A DNA stretch of 64,000 bases from an uncultured delta proteobacterium (GCA_963817385.1 CAWFOM010000008.1:1-64000), one strand, 5' to 3'; counted from the stretch's first letter, positions 43,788 to 53,638 are shown. The notes: a model not told the origin generated them from the letters alone. Numbers and translations are program-made.

Positions 43788-44786
43788 ATGAAAAACCCTG
43801 ATCTTAAATTTGTAACACGCGATGAATTGAAAATCGGCATGTATGTGGTCATACCCCTGGCATGGCACCAGCATCCTTTTTTAAAAAACCATTTTCTCAT
43901 CGAATCTGACGCAGAAATTAGGAAAATCAAAGAACTCGGGGTCAAAGCCATTCAGGTTGATCCTGCGAAAAGCCGGATCGTCGAAACACCCGCTGCGGAA
44001 CAGCGACGCTTCCCCGCTGAAACGGGCAAACACCAGCCTGCGCCGACGGTAATCACGGATGAGCTCATCACCACCATCCAGGACAAGTCATTGCCGCGCG
44101 AGGATAAATCCCGGCTCGTCCGCCAGCACGCCATCGTTATGATGAAAAATCTGCTGGAAAATCCTACCGCGCAAAATATCCAGGAGGCAAAAAAAGGGAT
44201 CACCGAGGTGGTAAACCTAATCCTGACCGACAATGCGATATTACACTACCTCCTCGACATCACCTCCCATGATTTTTACACCTACACCCATTCGGTCAGT
44301 GTGGGTATTCTGGGTATCGCCCTTGCCAAATCATTGTTCAAAAATTCAGACGCTCATGACATGCAGGCATTAGGGGTGGGTTTTTTTTTGCATGACGTCG
44401 GTAAGGTTGGAATTAACCAGGCGATCATCATGAAACCCGGCAAACTGACCGCCCATGAGATGGAGGAGATGCGGCGGCATCCGTTACTGGGATACAAGCT
44501 GCTGCAGGAAACAAATCAGCTTACGGGAGAATCGAAAACGATTGTCCTCCAGCATCACGAGCGAATTGACGGGACGGGATACCCCCGCCGGCTGCGCGGT
44601 GAAAACATCCAGATCTACGGGAGAATCTGCTCCATTGCCGATGTTTACGAATCCATGACCTCGGACCGCCCGTACCGCCAGAAGCTGTTGCCATTCGAAG
44701 CCTTGAAAATCATGCATGAAGAGATGGGTCATCATTTTCAAAAAGACCTTTTTGAGAAATTCGTCTTGCTCTTCAAGGCGCCGTGA
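43788..44786 (+). CDS. HD-GYP c-di-GMP phosphodiesterase with an N-terminal DUF3391-like domain
   Basis: LKIGMYV...W..HPF; YTYTHSVSV, LHDVGK, HHERIDGTGYP and DRPYR. Confidence 0.93.
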   Translation: MKNPDLKFVTRDELKIGMYVVIPLAWHQHPFLKNHFLIESDAEIRKIKELGVKAIQVDPAKSRIVETPAAEQRRFPAETGKHQPAPTVITDELITTIQDKSLPREDKSRLVRQHAIVMMKNLLENPTAQNIQEAKKGITEVVNLILTDNAILHYLLDITSHDFYTYTHSVSVGILGIALAKSLFKNSDAHDMQALGVGFFLHDVGKVGINQAIIMKPGKLTAHEMEEMRRHPLLGYKLLQETNQLTGESKTIVLQHHERIDGTGYPRRLRGENIQIYGRICSIADVYESMTSDRPYRQKLLPFEALKIMHEEMGHHFQKDLFEKFVLLFKAP

Positions 44787-44829
44787 CACCGTAACACTTA
44801 CCCATAATTGCCACGATACACGGGAGGCT

Positions 44830-46521
44830 CTAATCCCGAAGACGACGTTCTCCGAGACGCATCGGGAGAATTACGGCAAGGATACAGAGGAGTACGACGA
44901 GGGTAAACGAAACGACCAGCCATACCCACTGCAGGCCGGAGAGGCTCCGCCTATGGAAGCCTGCCATGAACACGGAATAGACCGGTCCCGCTTCAAGGAT
45001 GATAACCGCCGCGATGAAGCCGACCGCAAGGAGCATGAAAAGGAGCCCCCCGAAGCTGGTAACCGACTGGGACGGGTTTTCTGACTGGAAGTCGGGATAG
45101 GCGGCACCGAGGCCCACCCCCAGGGCAACCACGCCCGGCACCATCAGAAAGACCGTGACAACCGACAGGGCCATCATGAACGGCGTGACCTGAAGGAGAA
45201 TATTGGAGCTCACGATGAGGATCTCCGCAAGGATGAGGAGCGGAAGATAATAGACGGCAAATTTGATCCAGAGAAAGGTCCGAAGCGATATGGGCGCCGC
45301 CCGGACGATCCAGAAGGCATCCCCTTCGAAACTGACCGCCGGATAGACGAATCGGGCGGCAACCGCCGTCAGGACGAAGGCTGCCAGCCCCATGTTCAGG
45401 AAAGAAAAGATATTCTGCAGGTATATCGTCTTCATCGTTGCTTGTCCCAAGGGGAGAACCGAGAAGTTATAAAGATAGATCACGATCAGGGCCGCGATGA
45501 GAAAGAGTTGCGGCCACTGGGTCTGGTCCCGAAAGAAGGTCCGGAACTCCTTGACGGCAAACGCCCCTGCCGGTCCGGAGAGCCTCTCCAATAAGCGGTG
45601 CCTGTTCCCGCTTCGGTCCTCCCGAAGGGGAAACAGCCTTTCCGGCGCGGTCTGCGCCTTCGTGTATCCGACGAAATAAAGGCCCTCCGCCACCCATGTC
45701 GCAACGAAGGCAAGTGCCGCCGCACAACTCCAAGCGAGGGAGAGATGGAAGAAGGTCTCGCCCCTGTTACCCGAAAGCGCCGCATTGAGGCTGTCAAAAG
45801 CCCAGGTGGAGGGAAGCAGCGGGGAGCCGGGTGACCCCATCTCACGCAGATAGAGGACCAGTGTGGCAAACGTCTCCGGATTGACCAGCCTCTCCGGCCG
45901 CATGAGACGGAAAGCGAGGATGAGCACCATGATCAGGAGCAACCCGAAGAACACGAATACCGTCCTGATCCGCCCCGCCGGAAGGAGAACCGCCGCAATG
46001 ACCACCGCCAGTGCGCTGATGGCAGAGGCAATCAGGCACAGCGGGATGAGCGTCATCCCCGCCGTCCAGTAGAAGAACGGTCCCGCCTGGTAGACGATCC
46101 CGTATGAGAGAAAAACGGGCAGGCTGAAAACCATCACCATCCAGGAGCTGTCTGCCGTACTTTCCAGCCAGCGCGCCAGAAAGATCTTCCCTCCCGCCAC
46201 CGGAAGCGAATGGACCAAAAGCAGGTCGCGGCTGAGGTAGAGCTTGGAGAGAGAGGAGACGATGCTGCTGAAAACCAGGAGCGAGAAAAAGGTCAGGAGA
46301 ACCATTGAAAGGAGCTTCCGGGCCAGGACATCGCCGAACTCCTCGATCCCCTGAAAATAGTTTAGAACCCGATAGAAGATAAGGAAAGCGCCGACCCAGA
46401 AGGCAAGACCGATCGCTGCAAAGAGAAGGTACCGGATCCGGCGGTTTCCGGCGGTCCGGGAGTCGCTTCCGTTCTTGAAGGAGAGGAGCCGGGGCCGGAG
46501 CAGGGCAATGAGTTCATTCAT
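44830..46521 (-). CDS. Putative ABC transporter permease (multi-TM)
   Basis: Highly hydrophobic with LYLSRDL..SLPV, KEFRTFFRD and SFEGDAFWIVRAAP; downstream of an ABC ATPase. Confidence 0.85.
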   Translation of the reverse strand: MNELIALLRPRLLSFKNGSDSRTAGNRRIRYLLFAAIGLAFWVGAFLIFYRVLNYFQGIEEFGDVLARKLLSMVLLTFFSLLVFSSIVSSLSKLYLSRDLLLVHSLPVAGGKIFLARWLESTADSSWMVMVFSLPVFLSYGIVYQAGPFFYWTAGMTLIPLCLIASAISALAVVIAAVLLPAGRIRTVFVFFGLLLIMVLILAFRLMRPERLVNPETFATLVLYLREMGSPGSPLLPSTWAFDSLNAALSGNRGETFFHLSLAWSCAAALAFVATWVAEGLYFVGYTKAQTAPERLFPLREDRSGNRHRLLERLSGPAGAFAVKEFRTFFRDQTQWPQLFLIAALIVIYLYNFSVLPLGQATMKTIYLQNIFSFLNMGLAAFVLTAVAARFVYPAVSFEGDAFWIVRAAPISLRTFLWIKFAVYYLPLLILAEILIVSSNILLQVTPFMMALSVVTVFLMVPGVVALGVGLGAAYPDFQSENPSQSVTSFGGLLFMLLAVGFIAAVIILEAGPVYSVFMAGFHRRSLSGLQWVWLVVSFTLVVLLCILAVILPMRLGERRLRD

Positions 46522-46559
46522 GATGATCCCAAACAATGTTTCCAAGGTCTCGAAAAATG

Positions 46560-46686
46560 GGACGACTTCGGAAAAAGCTCGCAGGCAAGGCGCGCGAATC
46601 CCGAGAAGTGAGGCGTACACGGTCGTACGCCGCAACGACGAAGGATGAAGCGCAACGCAGCATCCGGGCTTTTTCCGATGTCGTCC
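46560..46686. repeat. ~127-bp MITE-like palindromic element (copy B)
   Basis: Terminal IRs ggacgacttcggaaaaag / ctttttccgatgtcgtcc (17/18) and an internal ggcgtac-acggtc-gtacgcc hairpin; core homologous to 9773-9897. Confidence 0.75.
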
Positions 46687-46687
46687 T

Positions 46688-47419
46688 TCATGGCGTCTCC
46701 TTCCCGGTCAGCCTCAGGAACACCTCCTCCAGATCTCCCTCCTGGAGACGGGCCGTCCCCCGCAGGTCGCCTGTGGTACCCAGTGCAACCAGCCTCCCCC
46801 GGTGGATGATCCCGATCCGGTCACAGAGGTCTTCGGCGATCTCCAGGGTATGGGTGGACATGAAGATAGTGGTCCCCCGGCGGGCCAGCTCCCGAAGGAG
46901 ATCCTTGACCATCCGGATCCCCGCCGGATCGAGCCCGACCATGGGTTCATCCACGATGATCACACGGGGATCGTGCAGCAGGGCCGAGGCGATCACCAGC
47001 CGCTGTTTCATCCCGTGGGAATAGGCTTCGATCAGCTGATCGGCCCAGTCGTAAAGGGAAAACTGGATCAGGAGTCCCTCGGCCTTCTCCCGAAAGATCC
47101 CGTTGCCGCACCCGTAGAGATCGGCGATAAACCGCAGGAATTCCAGGCCGGTCAGCTTCTCGTAGAGGAAAGGCCTATCCGGAATGAAGCCGATGATTCT
47201 CTTGGCCGCCTCCGGATCCGCCGCCATGGGGATCCCGTCGATCAGGACCGCCCCCTCCGTCGGCCCCAGGACGCCCGCCATCATGCGGATCGTGGTGGTT
47301 TTCCCGGCGCCGTTGGGTCCGATAAAACCGAAGATCTCCCCTTTTGCCACAGAGAGGCTGAGATGGTCTACCGCCAGGGTGCGTCCGTACCGTTTGGTCA
47401 GGTTCGTCAGTTCGATCAT
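46688..47419 (-). CDS. ABC transporter ATP-binding protein
   Basis: GPNGAGKTT, YSHGMKQR, IVDEP and STH. Confidence 0.97.
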   Translation of the reverse strand: MIELTNLTKRYGRTLAVDHLSLSVAKGEIFGFIGPNGAGKTTTIRMMAGVLGPTEGAVLIDGIPMAADPEAAKRIIGFIPDRPFLYEKLTGLEFLRFIADLYGCGNGIFREKAEGLLIQFSLYDWADQLIEAYSHGMKQRLVIASALLHDPRVIIVDEPMVGLDPAGIRMVKDLLRELARRGTTIFMSTHTLEIAEDLCDRIGIIHRGRLVALGTTGDLRGTARLQEGDLEEVFLRLTGKETP

Positions 47420-48906
47420 CGTTCCATCTCCAGGATATCCAGCTTCACGTTTCCGACGAGCCCCACCAGATCTAGCTGACGGTCGGCCGCACCGCGGATG
47501 AAACGGACGTGCGTCACATCCGCCGGCATCTGTCCCAGTACGGCGTCGGCCGTCACCCAGCCGCCCCGGTCCCGAAGGTAGAGGACATTCCAGGCGTGAT
47601 AAAAGAAACGGCCGCGCAGATACACCAGCCCCGCCTCCACCTCGGCCGGGAGCCCGGCGGCCCGCGCGAGCGCTGCCAGGAGGACGGCGTGCTCGTTGCA
47701 GTCCCCGACCCGATTTTCCAGCGTCTCCAGGGCGTTCGGGACCGAAAGAACGGGCCTCTTCTCCAGATTCTTGTGGACCCAGGCTACCAGTTTTTCCCCC
47801 TTTACCCCGTCCGGATCGGCAGGACTGATGATTTCGGCCAATTTCTGCCGGATCTTCGGGTGATCCGATTGAATGAAGGGGGTGGCATTGAGAAACACCG
47901 AGAGATCTCCGGCGGTGGCACCAGAACCGACGGACGGGTCGAGAGGTGATTCGCGCCGGATCGTCAACACACCATCCCGATAGACCTGACGGCCGCCGTC
48001 GAGAAAGAAAGAGCCCTCCGGAAGACTCTCCAGGCGGATCTTCAGGAGCTTCAGGGCCGCGGCATCCTCGATAGGTATCGGCGAGGGAATGGCGGCGATC
48101 TCCGTCAGATCCGCGCTGACAGCGCCTTCAAGCCCCGCCAGCGCCTCATCCCTCGTGACCTGCTCCAGGGCGATCCCCAGGATCCCCTCTTCCCGGAGTA
48201 CCGAGCCGTCCGGGTCGACCCAGGCAACCTGCTTCATCCCCATGAAATCCACCGACACTTTTCTGGCCCGTCGGCTTTTCCCCATGATCGTCAGGGACTC
48301 TTCCCCGAGGAAGCTTACCCGCGCCGACCTCTGTCCCAGCGAGGCCGGATCGAAAACCGGAAACGTCCTTACTTCCCCCGGCCGGAGCCCCGCCGCCCCT
48401 ACTGACTCCAGAATGCCCCCGCCCAGATAGGTCGGCTCCGGAATGGCGATGACGCTGATCTTTTCCTCGCCCGGTCCACCGACGCGAACGGTTAGCTTCT
48501 TTCCTGCAATAGTTCCCCGGACTGTGAACTTGAAAAGGTTCGAACCAAGATCGAATTGAAAGCTGGAGAGAGTCCGGTCGGGCTTCAGCTCCGCAGCCGT
48601 CCGGAGAGTCAAGGGCTGGACAATCCCCATTGTATTGATCCGCATGAAGATATTCTCGGAAAAGCTGAATCCGTCTTCTGTTTTGGCGTACCTTCGCTCA
48701 GCGTAGCCGATCTTCCGGCCGCCCTGGGTGATATTCATCCAGACGCCTCCGACGGGAACGCCCGCATGAATCGGGGCAAACGTCTCCCCTCCCCCGGAAA
48801 GAAGTTTCTCCGGAATGCCAAGGCGAACAATCAAAAGCACACAGAAGAGGAGAATCGCTCCCCCTCCGGCCGCATACAATTGCCATTTACCGCCCGTGTT
48901 AGTCAT
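47416..48906 (-). CDS. Membrane-anchored transglutaminase-like domain protein
   Basis: N-terminal TM segment; C-terminal GDCNEHA, YHAW and WVTAD form a Cys-His-Asp triad. Confidence 0.9.
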   Translation of the reverse strand: MTNTGGKWQLYAAGGGAILLFCVLLIVRLGIPEKLLSGGGETFAPIHAGVPVGGVWMNITQGGRKIGYAERRYAKTEDGFSFSENIFMRINTMGIVQPLTLRTAAELKPDRTLSSFQFDLGSNLFKFTVRGTIAGKKLTVRVGGPGEEKISVIAIPEPTYLGGGILESVGAAGLRPGEVRTFPVFDPASLGQRSARVSFLGEESLTIMGKSRRARKVSVDFMGMKQVAWVDPDGSVLREEGILGIALEQVTRDEALAGLEGAVSADLTEIAAIPSPIPIEDAAALKLLKIRLESLPEGSFFLDGGRQVYRDGVLTIRRESPLDPSVGSGATAGDLSVFLNATPFIQSDHPKIRQKLAEIISPADPDGVKGEKLVAWVHKNLEKRPVLSVPNALETLENRVGDCNEHAVLLAALARAAGLPAEVEAGLVYLRGRFFYHAWNVLYLRDRGGWVTADAVLGQMPADVTHVRFIRGAADRQLDLVGLVGNVKLDILEMER

Positions 48907-49242
48907 ACTCTGTTATGCCAGTGATCGATGATAAATCGGCGATCCACCTTTGACAATCCCATAACGGGTAACTTTCCTGTCGGGAGGAATCATACAAAAT
49001 TTCCCCGTCCGGTGTAAGTGGTCATTTAGGTTACTGCTCCCTTTATCACCATCACCGACCCTCACCGATCGAAGGAACGGGAGCACGGCGATTATAGGGA
49101 ATGGGATCAGGGGTGTCAATGCCGATGCCGCAGAAAATGCGTCTTGTCAGGGTGGCCGATTTCTGATAGCGTTTCCCGCACAAAGGGATTCTCATCTTCC
49201 GGTGACAACCGTGACGATGATGATCGCGGGAAAGGATATTTT

Positions 49243-50235
49243 GTGGAAGAAGACCGTTCCATACAACAGGCAAAGGAAGTGCTCCGGATCGAAGCGGAAA
49301 GCATCTTCAATCTCATTGAGCGGGTGGGAGAGTCTTTCGCCCGTGCCGTCGAATTGATCTACCACTGCAAGGGCCGGGTCATCATCGCCGGGATCGGCAA
49401 ATCGGGCCTGATCGGGAGAAAGATTGTGGCCACGCTCACCAGCACCGGCACGCAGGCACTCTTCCTCCACCCGGTGGAAGGCCTCCACGGCGATCTGGGG
49501 ATCGTCACGAAGGAGGATGTCCTCCTGGCCATCTCGCACAGCGGGGAGACCACCGAGCTCAACATGATCATCGACAGCATCCGCGACATCGGCGTATCCC
49601 GCATCGCCTTCACGGGAAACCTCACTTCCACCCTGGCCCAGGCCTGCGACGTGGTCATCGACGTGGGCGTGGCAAAGGAGGCCTGTCCCTTCGGCCTCGC
49701 CCCGACGTCGAGCTCCACCGCCGCCCTCGCCATGGGGGACGCCCTGGCCGTTGCCCTGATTCAGCGGAGGAATTTTCAGGAAGAGGACTTCTTCAAATTT
49801 CACCCCGGCGGAAATCTCGGTTCGCGGCTCCGGGCCAAGGTCCGGGACGTCATGATCAGCGGCGCGCAGATCCCTCGCGTCGGGGGCGATGTCTCGGTTC
49901 TGGAGGCGATCCGGGAAATGGATGAAAAGAACAAGGGGTTCGTCCTCGTCACGGACGGCGATGACACCCTCGTCGGCATCCTGACTGACGGCGATATCAG
50001 GCGTCTCGTCCGCACGGGGGGTGATTTCCGGAATGAACGGATCAGTGCCTTCATGACCCGCACCCCCAAGACCATCCGGGAAACCATCTCCGTCGCACGG
50101 GCCGTCGAACAGATGCAGCGCGATGAGATCACGACCCTCGTCGTGACCGATGCGGCCAACCGCCTCAAGGGATACATCCACCTCCACGACATCCTCGGCC
50201 GCGGCGGCACCCTGAAAATCACCCTCTCCGAATAA
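49243..50235 (+). CDS. kdsD: KpsF/GutQ arabinose-5-phosphate isomerase (SIS + CBS)
   Basis: GIGKSG, HPVEGLHGDLG, EACPFGLAPTSS, FHPGG and two CBS domains. Confidence 0.95.
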   Translation: MEEDRSIQQAKEVLRIEAESIFNLIERVGESFARAVELIYHCKGRVIIAGIGKSGLIGRKIVATLTSTGTQALFLHPVEGLHGDLGIVTKEDVLLAISHSGETTELNMIIDSIRDIGVSRIAFTGNLTSTLAQACDVVIDVGVAKEACPFGLAPTSSSTAALAMGDALAVALIQRRNFQEEDFFKFHPGGNLGSRLRAKVRDVMISGAQIPRVGGDVSVLEAIREMDEKNKGFVLVTDGDDTLVGILTDGDIRRLVRTGGDFRNERISAFMTRTPKTIRETISVARAVEQMQRDEITTLVVTDAANRLKGYIHLHDILGRGGTLKITLSE

Positions 50236-50550
50236 GCGTTTCAGAGACCGTCCTTTTTCGGAAGCTTTTCGCCGGAGCCTCTTTGGCTTATTTTCCAGCC
50301 CCATAATCTCCTTGACAAACAAGGCCCGCCTTCATATCCTCCTCTCATGGGAAAACATGTGCACCGTATATTACACAAATAGAGCCGACTGCTTCGCGAA
50401 CTACACACTATAAATTCATCGAAGGATGGGATTTATGAAAGGGTCCCATGACAGCGGGCGTAACGCCATATACGAGTGTGCCGGATTTCTTGAGGGACTT
50501 CGGAAGCGAATAGTTATTGCGATGGGGCTTTTAAACCCAAGGGATTTAAT

Positions 50551-50619
50551 TCCCCGTTGCTTGCGACGCATACTTTATGCGTACACAAATACTACCCCGT
50601 TCGCTTGCGACGGGATAGT
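50551..50619. repeat. Tandem REP-like hairpins
   Basis: tccccgttgcttgcgacg and actaccccgttcgcttgcgacgggatagt. Confidence 0.55.
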
Positions 50620-50666
50620 TTATAGACAAGTGTCCAGCCCTTCTTTTTGTGGCGCGGTGTTCTGAA

Positions 50667-51584
50667 ATGAGAAACTGGATCTTATTCATCGTGGCAGTAT
50701 TCAATATTGTGATGATACCTCAGGGAGTGGAAGGGGAAGAAAAAGAGAAAATAACCCTGGGGATTGCTTGGCCTGTGGCCGCAGAAGGCTGGAAATGGGA
50801 CGGAAAGGAAGAAATTTATGAATCTCGGGCCATCTTCGATTATATTGATGGTGCCGGGGAAGTTTATCTTGCCTATAATTTCAAGAATCTGATTGTTCGC
50901 CAGTTTGCAAAAACCGGATATCCCCACATCATTGTTGAATTGTATGACATGGGCTCCTCGAACGACGCCTATGGAATCTTCTCCTTGGAACGCCAGGACG
51001 AAGAAGCCGGAATCGGTCAAGGGTCGGAGTTAGGGGGAGGGCTCTTGCGATTCTGGAAGGGGAAATTCTTTGTCAGCGTCTATGCGGACGGGGAAAGTCC
51101 GGAAGTGGGACCGGCCATTCTCAGCCTGGGACGGGCAATTGCCGATGCCATCCCGTCGACAGGCCAGGCGCCGAAATTGATCACTGCCCTGCCTGACGGG
51201 AAGACGGGACTTGTGGAAAAGAGCATTCGCTATCTTCACAGCCACATCCTCCTGAACCAGCGGTTTTTCATAGCAACCCGGAACATCCTCAACCTGAATC
51301 CCAATACCGAGGTTATCCTCGCCCAATACCTGCGCGCGGGGAAAAAAGTTCATCTGCTTTTGGTGCGGTATCCGGACGGGAAAGAGGCCGAAGCGGCATT
51401 GCTGAGTTTCAAGCGGGCCTATATGCCCGAGGCCCCCGGAAAGGGCCTGCTCCAAACGGAAGACAAGAAATGGACCGCAGCCAAACGGGTAAATGAATTC
51501 GTCCTGATCGTTTTCGGCGCGTCCGGCCAGCGGGAGGGGGAAGAATTGATCAGGGGAACCGAAAAAAAGATCGGGGAGATATGA
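50667..51584 (+). CDS. Exported DUF6599-like protein
   Basis: Signal peptide; IFDYIDGAGEVYLAYNF, ELYDMGSSNDAYGIFS and FWKGKFFV. Confidence 0.75.
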   Translation: MRNWILFIVAVFNIVMIPQGVEGEEKEKITLGIAWPVAAEGWKWDGKEEIYESRAIFDYIDGAGEVYLAYNFKNLIVRQFAKTGYPHIIVELYDMGSSNDAYGIFSLERQDEEAGIGQGSELGGGLLRFWKGKFFVSVYADGESPEVGPAILSLGRAIADAIPSTGQAPKLITALPDGKTGLVEKSIRYLHSHILLNQRFFIATRNILNLNPNTEVILAQYLRAGKKVHLLLVRYPDGKEAEAALLSFKRAYMPEAPGKGLLQTEDKKWTAAKRVNEFVLIVFGASGQREGEELIRGTEKKIGEI

Positions 51585-52483
51585 GTATGGCCGAAGAGAA
51601 AGGGATTACCCGCAGAGATTTTCTCCGGGGAACGGCAGGGGTGGCGCTGGCCGCGTCCTTGGCACCGGAGCTTTGGAAAGAGGCGGCATATGCCACCGAG
51701 GCAAAAACCAGGGTCATCCTCATACGCCATCCGGAGGCTGTCTCCGTTGAGGGGAAAATCCAGGGAGAAATCGTGCAATCCATGGTGGATGATGCGCTGA
51801 AAGTCCTTCTTGCGGAAAAGGAACCCCTGCCGGCCTGGCGGCGGCTCTTCAATTCCTCGGATGTGGTGGGGATCAAGAGCAACAGCTGGAGGGATTTGCC
51901 GACGCCGAAAGAGCTGGAAGCCGCCATCCGGCGGCGACTGATGGACTCGGGCGTATCAGAAAAAAATATCAGCATCGATGACCGCGGTGTCCGGAACAAC
52001 CCGATATTCCAGAACTCCACCGCGCTCGTCAACGTGCGGCCCGTACGGACGCATCACTGGGCCGGGATCGGGAGCTGCATCAAAAATTATATCCAGTTCG
52101 TCCCCCGGCCCTCGGAATACCATGAGGATGCCTGCGCGAATCTGGCCAAGATTTGGGATCTGCCGGTCGTAAAGGGAAAAACCCGTCTGAACATTCTTTG
52201 CGCACTCCAACCTCAGTTCTATGGAAGAGGAGCAAGTTTTTTTGACCGTCGCTACGTCTGGCCTTACAAAGGGCTCCTTTTGGGAACCGATCCTGTAGCT
52301 GTGGATGCGGTAGGCGCTCATCTGCTGCAGAAGAAACGAATCGCATATTTCGGCGAAGAGCGTGAACTCGACGTCCTTCCCACGCACATTAACGTTGCTG
52401 ATAAAAAATATCACTTGGGCGTCAGCAATCTGAACCGCATAGAGCTGGTCAGGCTCGGTTGGATGGAAGATGTGCTGATTTGA
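51581..52483 (+). CDS. Tat-exported DUF362 domain protein
   Basis: TRRDFLRG twin-arginine signal; VGIKSN, RTHHWAGIGSCIKN and TDPVAVDAVG. Confidence 0.85.
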   Translation: MSMAEEKGITRRDFLRGTAGVALAASLAPELWKEAAYATEAKTRVILIRHPEAVSVEGKIQGEIVQSMVDDALKVLLAEKEPLPAWRRLFNSSDVVGIKSNSWRDLPTPKELEAAIRRRLMDSGVSEKNISIDDRGVRNNPIFQNSTALVNVRPVRTHHWAGIGSCIKNYIQFVPRPSEYHEDACANLAKIWDLPVVKGKTRLNILCALQPQFYGRGASFFDRRYVWPYKGLLLGTDPVAVDAVGAHLLQKKRIAYFGEERELDVLPTHINVADKKYHLGVSNLNRIELVRLGWMEDVLI

Positions 52484-52689
52484 TCTATTGTTGGTAGCAC
52501 CTGATTCATCCATTGCCTTACATAGCGTTACGTAAGTAAATCATGTATATCCCCCCTCACGCATCGGGGAATTTGAAGGAGAGAAAGAAGAGAATTTTGA
52601 TCAAGATCATCGGGGAATGATTTTAGTGATGCACGATAATAAATCCTGTCTTTCTCCTGCGGAGAATCCCTGCTACTGAATCATTCCTG

Positions 52690-52881
52690 TCAAGACGATG
52701 AAGATGCAGAGGGTTCCATTTGATTCGCTGGCAAGACTCCCCGTTGAGGGATTTTCAGATGAACATTTATTTGTTCCGGGTTTTGATATGGCTTTGGCGT
52801 CTCCTTCTTGCTGATGCTACAGAGGCAGAGGATGAAGAAAACTATTATTGAGCAACTTGTAAACAGGATTCCCATTAACAT
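52690..52881 (-). CDS. Small single-TM hypothetical protein
   Basis: SD-like AAGGGGA before the ATG at 52881; hydrophobic N-terminus; upstream sigma54-like promoter. Confidence 0.5.
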   Translation of the reverse strand: MLMGILFTSCSIIVFFILCLCSISKKETPKPYQNPEQINVHLKIPQRGVLPANQMEPSASSSS

Positions 52882-52929
52882 ACAGTTAATTTCCCCTTTC
52901 ATTCATTAAATAGAGACAATATGTAAGCA

Positions 52930-52945
52930 GCATATGACGTGCCAA
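52930..52945 (-). promoter_or_regulatory. Putative sigma54 -24/-12 promoter
   Basis: TTGGCACGTCATATGC, a GG-N10-GC spacing, with an AT-rich upstream tract. Confidence 0.55.
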
Positions 52946-53122
52946 GTTTTCATGAGATATCTAATGCATTAATGTTAGTATGTTTATTTATAATTGCTGA
53001 AATTCCCCAGTTATTTTCATTTATTTTTTGAATGGATTTCGCTTCAGGTCAGGAAAAAATGTGCATGTTATTCCCTTCATTATTACTCATGCGCTACAAA
53101 ATCGTTCAGATGTGGTAATTGA

Positions 53123-53299
53123 TTAACGTGCTTCCCTTGGTCGGATAAAGGGTGCGGTGAATGCGGCAAAGAGATAAGCACGAGCGCACGGAGATGTCCT
53201 AACTGTGGGAAATATCAATGGACTGGCGGGCGATTGGGATGCGCTATTATCGTTTTAATCTTTTTCGGGATCTTTATGTTCGGATATTGTTCACGATAA
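53123..53299 (+). pseudogene. Zinc-ribbon plus TM small protein lacking an in-frame start
   Basis: Translates as ...CGECGKEISTSARRCPNCGKYQWTGGRLGCAIIVLIFFGIFMFGYCSR*. Confidence 0.6.
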
Positions 53300-53417
53300 A
53301 GGCCAGGTGGTTGGGGGCGATTATCCTGCGTTAAAAAACGGGACTGGGGCGGGATAGAACGCCCCCCTGTAAATGAGCAGGGGGTTAAGCATTGACGCCT
53401 AACCCCCTGATTTTACT

Positions 53418-53493
53418 TGGTGAGCCCTGTCGGGATCGAACCGACAACCTACTGATTAAGAGTCAGTTGCTCTACCAGCTGAGCTAAGGGCCC
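53418..53493 (-). tRNA. tRNA-Lys(CTT)
   Basis: GGGCCCTTAGCTCAG...CTGA CTCTTAA TCAG...GGTTCGATCC...ACCA. Confidence 0.97.
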
Positions 53494-53527
53494 ACATGCG
53501 GTCGTTTTGTTATCTGCACCCAAAATA

Positions 53528-53604
53528 TGGCGCGCCCGGTAGGATTCGAACCTACGACCAACAGATTCGAAGTCTGCGACTCTATCCAGCTGAGCTACGG
53601 GCGC
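53528..53604 (-). tRNA. tRNA-Arg(TCG)
   Basis: GCGCCCGTAGCTCAG...CAGA CTTCGAA TCTG...GCCA. Confidence 0.97.
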
Positions 53605-53638
53605 TTCATCCTTTTCCTTCACTGGCTTGATGCAATGT

